The notes under the pieces were generated by a model. That model saw nothing but the letters and a program-made list of their open reading frames with translations, was not told where the DNA came from and made no database searches. The position numbers were made by a program, and so were the translations under genes. A DNA stretch of 16,249 nucleotides. Origin: an uncultured bacterium (GTDB lineage Bacteria > Hydrogenedentota > Hydrogenedentia > Hydrogenedentales > JAEUWI01). Below, piece after piece: positions 9,380-16,124 of this stretch. Position 1 is the stretch's first letter. Every line of letters starts with the position of its first letter. The stretch covers positions 1 through 16,249 of the forward strand of contig CAXBPH010000153.1 of assembly GCA_963977445.1 (NCBI GenBank), read 5' to 3'.

Positions 9380-9429
9380 GTGGACACGGATTAATCGGGT
9401 TGGAGCAAGTTTTGTCATGAGGCCTATCG

Positions 9430-10812
9430 ATGCATAGACGGAGCGAGCGATCATTACTCGGTGAAACGCTGGGCACCTATCATGTAAAGGATCGTCTTGG
9501 TCAGGGCGGAATGGGGGCCGTATACCTTGCAAAGGACACCGCCCTGGACCGACTGGTCGCCCTCAAGGTCCTGTTGCCACGCTATGCGGACGACGATGAA
9601 TTCATCTCCCGGTTCCAGCGGGAAGCACGGGCCTCCGCCAAGCTGAACCATCCAAATATTGTCCAGATCTATGCCGTTGACGTGGAATCAGACCCACCCT
9701 ATATGGCGATGGAATACATCGAAGGACAAAATCTGGAATCCTTCATCCGAGGCAAGAAGCGCCTTTCCTGGCAGCAGGCACTCAATTTTGTTGCCCAGGT
9801 TGCTTCCGCCCTCGATTGCGCCCACAAAGCCGGCATCGTCCATCGTGATATAAAACCCGCCAATGTCCTTGTCGATAAGAACGGCCGGGCCCGGGTGACC
9901 GATTTTGGCATTGCCAAGATTCTCGGCTCCCAAACCAACCTCACCGGCACCCAGCACACCGTGGGCAGCCCCTGTTATATGTCGCCCGAGCAGTGTGGCG
10001 TGGGGGAGGTGGGCCCCGCAAGTGACCTTTTTTCTCTGGGCGTCATGCTCTATGAAATGGTCGTGGGCACCGTGCCCTTCAAGGGGGACAGCAGCATCGT
10101 CGTGATGCGAAAGATCGCCGACGAAGACATTCCACCCCTGTCGAAAAAAGTAGCCGACATTCCCCCCGAGGTTGACCAGATTCTGGAGACCTTGACTGCC
10201 CGAGATCTGAAACTTCGCTATACCAGTGCCGTTGAGGTCCTTGACGATCTGCGTGCCTACAAATCAGGCGGAACGATGGCCCACCTCCAATCCCGAAGGC
10301 TGGAAAAAGCGGCCCACGGGCCGGCCAGTGCATCGGCGGCCGACCTCACCCGAAGTCCCACGGGCACCGGCGTTGCCCTGAGCGATTCTCTGGTAGCCAG
10401 TTTGATAGACGAAACCCGCCCCTTGGTAAAACACGTGCCCCAACGACGGGAAATCGATATTCCCTGGAAGGGCATCGGCCTGACCCTGGCCTTTGTTGCC
10501 GTGGTGGCGCTGGCCATGATCTATTACGATAACTGGGTGAAAAACCAGCCGCCGCGCCAGCCTGCCCAACAACGTCAACAGACCGATCCGCCACCCCGGC
10601 CCGAAGATGGTGCCCAAGCGCCCCCCGACGGATGGCGGCCACCGCCACCTCCGGATGGACGACGACTGCCACCCCCACGTGATGGTGGGGCGGGAGACGG
10701 GTTTCGACCACCGCCACCGCGTGAAGGTGGACCACGGCCCCGTGATGGTCAGCCGCCACCACAAAACGGATTTCCGCCGCCGCAGGGTGGAAACCCACCC
10801 CGCACACAATGA
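9430..10812 (+). CDS. Hanks-type (PknB-like) Ser/Thr protein kinase with one TM helix and a Pro-rich C-terminal tail
   Basis: LGQGGMGAVY, VALKVL, RFQREA, HRDIKPANVL, DFGIAK, YMSPEQ and SDLFSLG. TM segment GIGLTLAFVAVVALAMIYY. GAGG SD at 9419-9422. Confidence 0.95.
   Translation: MHRRSERSLLGETLGTYHVKDRLGQGGMGAVYLAKDTALDRLVALKVLLPRYADDDEFISRFQREARASAKLNHPNIVQIYAVDVESDPPYMAMEYIEGQNLESFIRGKKRLSWQQALNFVAQVASALDCAHKAGIVHRDIKPANVLVDKNGRARVTDFGIAKILGSQTNLTGTQHTVGSPCYMSPEQCGVGEVGPASDLFSLGVMLYEMVVGTVPFKGDSSIVVMRKIADEDIPPLSKKVADIPPEVDQILETLTARDLKLRYTSAVEVLDDLRAYKSGGTMAHLQSRRLEKAAHGPASASAADLTRSPTGTGVALSDSLVASLIDETRPLVKHVPQRREIDIPWKGIGLTLAFVAVVALAMIYYDNWVKNQPPRQPAQQRQQTDPPPRPEDGAQAPPDGWRPPPPPDGRRLPPPRDGGAGDGFRPPPPREGGPRPRDGQPPPQNGFPPPQGGNPPRTQ
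10546..10809 (+). repeat. Low-complexity Pro/Gly/Arg imperfect repeats in the kinase tail
   Basis: PPDGWRPPPPPDGRRLPPPRDGGAGDGFRPPPPREGGPRPRDGQPPPQNGFPPPQGGNPP, with recurring (D/N/E)G-x-(R)-PPP units. Confidence 0.75.
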
Positions 10813-10843
10813 GAACTGGATTTTACATTGAATCGGAGTACCC

Positions 10844-11167
10844 ATGAATAGCTGTACCGTTACCGAATTGCATACCGAGCTTACAGGCGATGCGAAACCC
10901 TTACTTCTTGACGTTCGCACGGCGGAGGAGTTGACCATCGCCCACATCGAAGATGCCCGTCATATACCGCTGGATGCCTTACCCATGCGCCTGGACGAGT
11001 TGGACGCGTGGCGGGACAAAGACATCGTGTGTATGTGTCACCACGGCATGCGCTCCGCACACGCACAGCAAATCCTCCTGAGCAACGGCTTCACCAAGGT
11101 CCGCAATCTCACCGGAGGCATCCATGCCTGGTCGGTCTCGGTTGATCCGCAGGTGGCACAGTATTGA
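10844..11167 (+). CDS. Single-domain rhodanese-like sulfurtransferase
   Basis: LLLDVRTAEE, AHIEDARHIPL, active-site loop CHHGMRS and NLTGGIHAWS. GGAG SD; 31 bp after the kinase. Confidence 0.93.
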   Translation: MNSCTVTELHTELTGDAKPLLLDVRTAEELTIAHIEDARHIPLDALPMRLDELDAWRDKDIVCMCHHGMRSAHAQQILLSNGFTKVRNLTGGIHAWSVSVDPQVAQY

Positions 11168-11179
11168 CATGACTGCCAT

Positions 11180-11203
11180 TCAAAACCCGTCGGGAGGTTT
11201 TGA
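11180..11203 (+). terminator. Stem-loop downstream of the rhodanese gene (possible terminator)
   Basis: TCAAAACC-cgtcggga-GGTTTTGA forms a perfect 8-bp stem, extendable imperfectly to about 11169-11210, followed by CCTTTTAGTTT. The stem is AT-rich, which is atypical for an intrinsic terminator. Confidence 0.35.
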
Positions 11204-11354
11204 CAGACATCCTTTTAGTTTCCCGCAGGGTATCGTGTAACGAGCATTGACCGCCTTGCACACTGAGTGTATCCAGCAACGATGCGCTGAACACACAGAA
11301 TCGTTGACAGTCGGTCAGCGTACGCTTCGACTACCCGAAAGGTCCCAGGCAACG

Positions 11355-12515
11355 ATGACACCCATGACAGAATCTACCCAATCACGCCTTCACGATGAAT
11401 TAAACGAAGCCCGTGAGCACGTGGGGAAAATGTATATCGCAGGCATCGGAACAGCCCTGCCGGAATTGAATATCTCGCAAACTGACGCGGCCGCCATGGC
11501 CACCACCCTCTGTGACTACGACGACAAACAAAAGAAACGCATCGAAAAACTATACCGCCTGACCCAGGTGGAAAACCGACACTGCACCGTCCTGTCGCCC
11601 GATGGAGAAGGCAATACGGTGCAGGATTTCTTCCGTCCCGCCGATGCCACAAAGCAATTCGGCCCCGCCATGACCGAGCGCATGCTTCGCTATGAAGAAT
11701 GCGCACCCAAACTGGCGATTCAGGCCGCCCAGCGCGCTTTGGATGCCTCCGGCGTTGACGTGGACACCATCACCCACATTGTCACCGTATCCTGCAGCGG
11801 ATTCGTCGCACCGGGCGTTGACGCCGCCCTGATTAACGCCCTCGGGCTCCCCGCCACAACCCAGCGGACCCATGTGGGCTTCATGGGCTGTCACGGTGCC
11901 CTCAATGCTATCCGGGTGGCGAACGGCTATGTGTGCAGCCAGCCGAACGCGCGGGTACTCATTGTAGCCGTCGAATTGTGCAGCCTCCACTACCAATACA
12001 GCGAAGACGACGAAACCAACCTCGCCAACGGACTTTTTTCCGACGGCGCCGCCGCCCTCGTCGCCATGGGCAGGGGTGAGATAAAATCCGACGCCTGGCG
12101 ATGTGTGGCCACGGGTTCCTGCATGTTGCCCGATTCCGCCCACGCCATGACCTGGAAAGTGCGGGACCATGGCTTTCAGATGACCCTGAGCCGGGAAGTA
12201 CCGTCGATTATCCGGACCAACCTCGTCCCCTGGATGGGCCCCTGGCTCGAAGAGCACGGCTACGCCCTCGAAGACATAAAGAGCTGGGCAGTTCACCCTG
12301 GCGGCCCCGCAATTCTCCAAGGCGTCCGCGAAGCCCTCTCCCTGACCAACGCCGATCTCGCCACCTCCTGGGAGGTCCTCCGCGCCTACGGCAATATGTC
12401 CTCGCCCACGGTCGTCTTCGTGATCGAAGCCATGCAGCAACGAAACGCCGAACTCCCCTGCGTCGCCCTCGGCTTCGGTCCAGGACTCGCCGCCGAGGCG
12501 GTTTTGTTTGCGTAG
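11355..12515 (+). CDS. Type III polyketide synthase (chalcone/stilbene synthase family)
   Basis: Cys-His-Asn triad: FMGCHG, VHPGG and YGNMSSPT. Also VSCSG, VELCSLH, LFSDGAAA and FGPGL. Start uncertain (ATG 11355, 11364 or 11429); the TTG at 11247 is unlikely. Confidence 0.93.
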   Translation: MTPMTESTQSRLHDELNEAREHVGKMYIAGIGTALPELNISQTDAAAMATTLCDYDDKQKKRIEKLYRLTQVENRHCTVLSPDGEGNTVQDFFRPADATKQFGPAMTERMLRYEECAPKLAIQAAQRALDASGVDVDTITHIVTVSCSGFVAPGVDAALINALGLPATTQRTHVGFMGCHGALNAIRVANGYVCSQPNARVLIVAVELCSLHYQYSEDDETNLANGLFSDGAAALVAMGRGEIKSDAWRCVATGSCMLPDSAHAMTWKVRDHGFQMTLSREVPSIIRTNLVPWMGPWLEEHGYALEDIKSWAVHPGGPAILQGVREALSLTNADLATSWEVLRAYGNMSSPTVVFVIEAMQQRNAELPCVALGFGPGLAAEAVLFA

Positions 12516-12528
12516 GGGAACAAGCGTG

Positions 12529-13425
12529 ATGACGTTTATGACACGGTGCATGTTTTTTGTACTTATCGGTTCCGCGATTGGAGGCCAATCCAATGCGGAC
12601 GAATCGATGCCCGTACAGTGGGGAATCACACCCATTCCAGAAGCGCAAGCAACATTTCCCGACTTGATGACATTGATACTGGACACACCATATAACGCGA
12701 CCACGAAGAAGCTGCATGACGAAAAAGTAGCCAGTCTAATTCAGTTCGTTGATGGAAACAAAGTCGCGTTACTTCAACAATGGATGTACTGCTACGCCTC
12801 CTATGTATCGAAGCTGGAGCTGGGACGACGATCGGACGTGGCGACGGCGATGCAGGGACTCTGGGTCGCGTTCGATGTAGATTTCGAAGATGTTGCGTAC
12901 GCATTCTACCCGCTGCTCGAAGAATCTGATGAGAAATTCAGAGAGCTCCTGATTCCCTTTGTTGTGCGCGGCACGCCCCAAGGCAGTATAGATTTTGGCG
13001 TCTACGAATCCATACTGCGGGAAGAACTGGAGCAGCGGGGGGACGTACCGGTTGGGCTCCTTCGATACATGTATGCCAAAAAACCTGGAATTGCACCGCT
13101 GACTATCATGGGCCTGGATGACCCGATTTTCCATGGCCTGAAACGAGAACTGAAAATAGAAAAGGGAGACAAAAACTGGCCAGTCCCCGTTTACAAAGAA
13201 CTTGCACTCCCCACCTATGTATCAAAAGCCGTTGTAACTCAAGAGCTGGAAAAGTTATCGCAAAGACCCGAGTGGTGGGTTCAACTTTTTGTGGCCGAGT
13301 TCGCAGCACAGATTCCTGATGCCAGCAACGAGGCAATACTCAACAACCTGTCGAAAAGCGCGTGCCCTTTGGTCGTGGAAGTCTTGTCAGATTTAGTCAA
13401 GCATCTAACGAAAACAACCAAATAA
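12529..13425 (+). CDS. Hypothetical exported, mostly alpha-helical protein
   Basis: AGGGGA SD overlapping the PKS stop, with GTG 12526 or ATG 12529 as start. Signal-peptide-like N-terminus (TRCMFFVLIGSAIGGQSNA). HEAT-like C-terminus (LEKLSQRPEWWVQLFVAE...LNNLSKSACPLV). Confidence 0.8.
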   Translation: MTFMTRCMFFVLIGSAIGGQSNADESMPVQWGITPIPEAQATFPDLMTLILDTPYNATTKKLHDEKVASLIQFVDGNKVALLQQWMYCYASYVSKLELGRRSDVATAMQGLWVAFDVDFEDVAYAFYPLLEESDEKFRELLIPFVVRGTPQGSIDFGVYESILREELEQRGDVPVGLLRYMYAKKPGIAPLTIMGLDDPIFHGLKRELKIEKGDKNWPVPVYKELALPTYVSKAVVTQELEKLSQRPEWWVQLFVAEFAAQIPDASNEAILNNLSKSACPLVVEVLSDLVKHLTKTTK

Positions 13426-13451
13426 AGGACTTATGCCCCGTGGAGTTGTGG

Positions 13452-14465
13452 GTGAAAACTCTAAGCATACGTATCGTGTTGACCCTCCTACTGATTGGGC
13501 TGACTTCCTCCGTCCAGGCGCAAGTCGACGACGGCCACAACGGGGTGGGGGCCATCCTTGAACGCATCGAACACATCTTCGAAAGCGGATGCCCCGAGGG
13601 CTCCCACAACAATCCATGGATATGTGCCGCTGACTACCGAAAACAACTGGCGGAACACAACGACGGCGTTGTCGCAGGGATACAGGCGAGGATTGCACGG
13701 TCGGACGCATCACCGTTGAACACGTTCCTCTTGTTCTGTCTGAGAGAACGGAATACGCCAGACGTCGACCAGCTTCTGCTGAACTACTATTTCGATAGAC
13801 CCGCACTGAGTAAAACGGCACAGGGCGAACTACAGGCGAGAGCAAGGCTCGGCCACCCCGTTGGGGTACGTGTGTCGGAAGAGCGATTGGCCCACCTGAT
13901 TACGTCGGTCAACACAGGGTCCATCGGGGAAGCAGGCGATGGGGCACAACTACTGGCCATACTTCCGAAAAATCCCATCGACGAGCGCTGCCCACCCGTG
14001 GTTAAGCGATTTGTTAAAGCAGTGGGGGAGCCGAACCCGGCTATTGCTGCCCACCACGCCTATATGCCACCGCGCTACCTGGTCTTGAATTGGTTTCTTC
14101 AGGCCTTCGAGGATTTTGGTGAGGCCGCACAGCCCTATCTGCGCAAAGCCGTGCAAGATACACCCCCAGCCCAAGCAGAAGAGACCAAATGGCTAAGCAT
14201 CGCATTGGGAATGACATCGGATTCAGAACAGACTTCCAAGCTCGAAAAACTGGTCCGAGACGATGCAGACACACACCTTCGCTATCTGGCTATCCTGGCC
14301 TACGCAAAGGCGGGCGGAGAGAAAACGATTCCAACGCTCCAGTCCTGGCTGAACGACGAGAGCACAAGCGACTTTTACCGAGAGCCCGATGGTAGTTCCT
14401 TTTACCCCATTCGCGCGGCGTCAAAACGCGCGTTAGCGCTCATGAAAATGGAATTGGGCGGTTAA
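13452..14465 (+). CDS. Hypothetical exported HEAT-repeat-like protein (paralog of 14792-15790)
   Basis: Start reassigned to GTG 13452 (GGAG at 13442-13445), giving the signal peptide MKTLSIRIVLTLLLIGLTSSVQA. HEAT-like segments (IALG...LEKLVRDDADTHLRYLAILAYAKAGGEKTIPTLQSWLND). Confidence 0.82.
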   Translation: MKTLSIRIVLTLLLIGLTSSVQAQVDDGHNGVGAILERIEHIFESGCPEGSHNNPWICAADYRKQLAEHNDGVVAGIQARIARSDASPLNTFLLFCLRERNTPDVDQLLLNYYFDRPALSKTAQGELQARARLGHPVGVRVSEERLAHLITSVNTGSIGEAGDGAQLLAILPKNPIDERCPPVVKRFVKAVGEPNPAIAAHHAYMPPRYLVLNWFLQAFEDFGEAAQPYLRKAVQDTPPAQAEETKWLSIALGMTSDSEQTSKLEKLVRDDADTHLRYLAILAYAKAGGEKTIPTLQSWLNDESTSDFYREPDGSSFYPIRAASKRALALMKMELGG

Positions 14466-14522
14466 GTGATAATACATTGTCAGACTACGAATAACATTGC
14501 CAGAAAGGGGTAGTTGGAATAG

Positions 14523-14748
14523 CATGGCTACATGGACATGTATGGGAGGGGCGTTTCTATTCCGCGCCGCTTGATGAAAACCACCTCCAGGCGGTCGTGC
14601 GCTATGCAGCGATGAACCCCGTTCGCGTGGGGATGGCGGAACGGGCGGAAGAGCATCCCTGGCCGAGTGTGGGGCCCATTGCTGCCCACGGCACAAGAAA
14701 TGGAAACGCCGGAAAAAAGAACTTTTGGGAGACTGCAAAAAAGTGTAG
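14523..14748 (+). pseudogene. Decayed fragment of a REP-associated tyrosine transposase (RAYT; IS200/Y1_Tnp family)
   Basis: From 14534: GHVWEGRFYSAPLDENHLQAVVRYAAMNPVRVGMAERAEEHPWPSVG, matching the RAYT C-terminal consensus GHxWQGRFxS...RYIxxNPVRAGxVxxAEDYPWSS. A 1-nt shift near 14673 continues AHC...HKKWKRRKK to TAG 14748. The N-terminal HUH part is absent. Confidence 0.85.
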
Positions 14749-14752
14749 TCTT
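14729..14752. repeat. Degenerate palindrome at the 3' end of the RAYT remnant
   Basis: GAGACTGCA-aaaaag-TGTAGTCTT forms a 9-bp stem with two G-T pairs. It shares the GACTGCA / TGyAGTC core with the palindrome at 16099-16120. Confidence 0.5.
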
Positions 14753-14791
14753 GAATTATCTTCTTACTATACGAGTATTTGGAGGGGTGTC

Positions 14792-15790
14792 GTGACAAGC
14801 TTGATTATCACAATAGTTTTGGCGGCGAATCCGGCTTGGGCCACCGATGCGACAAGAGCGCCCGAGATTATCAGCCGTATCGAGCAGACCATTCGATACC
14901 ATTCCGAACAGGTGGATGACACAAAACCTCCGGAAAAGATCCGCTATGAGATTGAAGCCCTTGAAAAATCCAGGGGTTTAGAGAAAGAACTTGCTTCAAT
15001 TGGGGCGGGTGCGCTTGTCGCCATTCGACATACAATAGAGGATAAGGGTTCGGAACTTGCGGTCAAACAAGCGCTAGCTCGCTGTTTGTCGATGATGCCT
15101 GATTCTGGTGCAGAGCGTCTATTGTTGGAGCTCAAGAACGGAGATTCGGCTCTTCGTAGCGCCGCACTCGGAGCCCTTCGTAAACGGGTTGCCTCCGGTA
15201 TTGGCTTAGAGAGTATTCCCCCGGGATCGCAAGTAATTGAACTTACAAATGTGGTGAAAAATGGGCGTACAGAAGAGTCGGTGGAGGCCGCTAAGGAACT
15301 CATTTTGTTCCACAATCTGCCGGATTCTGAGCGAATAGGGCCGGTGGTTGGCCGTTTTCGAGCATTGATATTGGAGCCAGAACCATCCGAAGAGATAGCG
15401 CTAAGCGGCGGTGTTAACGTGAAAGAATGGGGGCTGGCGATGTACCTGAGGATATTTGATGAAGTGGGTGAGCCTGCGCAGCGACTCCTTCGTGAACACT
15501 TGGTCTCCAACGAGGACCACAGCGCTTTGACAACATGGATTGTCTTGGCCTTGGGGATTTCCGGGGACTCCTCGGTGGCAGACGATATTCGGGAGTTGGT
15601 TGACGATTCGACTGCTAGTCCGTCAATTCGTGCCTTGGGCGTTCGTTGCTTTACACGATCAGCAGGTCAGGCCGCACTGGCCGACTTGGATCGATGGGTC
15701 GACGACAGCGCGACAGTGTCTTCGAAGGACTTGCATCATCAGAAAATACGAGTTGTCGCCAGAGAAGCGTTGCTACAGCGAGCGCAGTAG
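14792..15790 (+). CDS. Hypothetical exported HEAT-repeat-like protein (paralog of 13452-14465)
   Basis: Start reassigned from 14597 to GTG 14792 (GGAGG at 14781-14785), giving the signal-like MTSLIITIVLAANPAWA. HEAT-like helices; aligns by eye along its length with the preceding gene. Confidence 0.82.
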   Translation: MTSLIITIVLAANPAWATDATRAPEIISRIEQTIRYHSEQVDDTKPPEKIRYEIEALEKSRGLEKELASIGAGALVAIRHTIEDKGSELAVKQALARCLSMMPDSGAERLLLELKNGDSALRSAALGALRKRVASGIGLESIPPGSQVIELTNVVKNGRTEESVEAAKELILFHNLPDSERIGPVVGRFRALILEPEPSEEIALSGGVNVKEWGLAMYLRIFDEVGEPAQRLLREHLVSNEDHSALTTWIVLALGISGDSSVADDIRELVDDSTASPSIRALGVRCFTRSAGQAALADLDRWVDDSATVSSKDLHHQKIRVVAREALLQRAQ

Positions 15791-15819
15791 AAGACGAAAG
15801 GGCAGGCACGTGCGCTCGA

Positions 15820-15909
15820 TTCACGGGCCGGACCCATATTGAGTTGCACAATGTGGACATGAACAGCTTCGCGACTTTGGGCACCCTGGTGAATCTCACC
15901 TACCTGGAC
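15820..15909 (+). pseudogene. Possible remnant of a leucine-rich-repeat gene
   Basis: FTGRTHIELHNVDMNSFATLGTLVNLTYLD has a 22-residue period (THIEL to TYLD) resembling internalin-type LRRs. No plausible start or SD, and the similarity ends abruptly. Confidence 0.4.
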
Positions 15910-16094
15910 GGTAGATTCGACCGTCCAGTGCAACCATGGCCTCTTGTAGGACTTCACTTGCCGTTTCGTAGTTCAGCGACTTTTTGAGATTCATTCGCGC
16001 TCAGGGGGTACAGCCCCGACGGTTGGAGTTTTCTTTCGTGGAGTGTGGTTTCATCTGGCACCAGGGAGCCAAATTTGCTTCAATCCGTGGTGTT

Positions 16095-16124
16095 GTCGGT
16101 GCAGTCCCCGGGGACTGCACTGAC
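16095..16124. repeat. Perfect 22-bp palindrome (REP-like), extendable to 30 bp
   Basis: GTGCAGTCCCCGGGGACTGCAC (16099-16120) is its own reverse complement. The flanks GTCG...TGAC extend it with one G-T pair. Confidence 0.85.

Noticed and set aside
10844..11167. Rhodanese as a Cdc25-like phosphatase partner of the kinase
   Set aside because: The active-site loop CHHGMR is the six-residue sulfurtransferase type, not the CX5R phosphatase loop.
11164..11309. Three perfect TTGACA hexamers (11164, 11200, 11304) as sigma70 promoters for the PKS
   Set aside because: None has a convincing -10 element at 16-18 bp spacing.
11550..12704. 384-aa antisense ORF over the PKS, and similar shadow ORFs such as 1788-2522, 2009-2809, 2529-3188, 7223-7936 and 10264-10947
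   Set aside because: They overlap well-supported genes, have no recognisable motifs, and are expected from codon bias in GC-rich DNA.
13400..14470. Integron attC sites between the array genes (ATCTAAC at 13403, GTTAGCG near 14432, GTTAAGT at 14461)
   Set aside because: No matched R''/R' pair enclosing a 55-140 bp imperfect palindrome, the motifs lie inside coding sequence, and no integrase is present in the window.
14597..14791. N-terminal extension of the 397-aa ORF as a genuine transposase-HEAT fusion
   Set aside because: The extension is RAYT debris lacking the HUH motif. A strong GGAGG with GTG 14792 and a signal peptide explain the real gene better.
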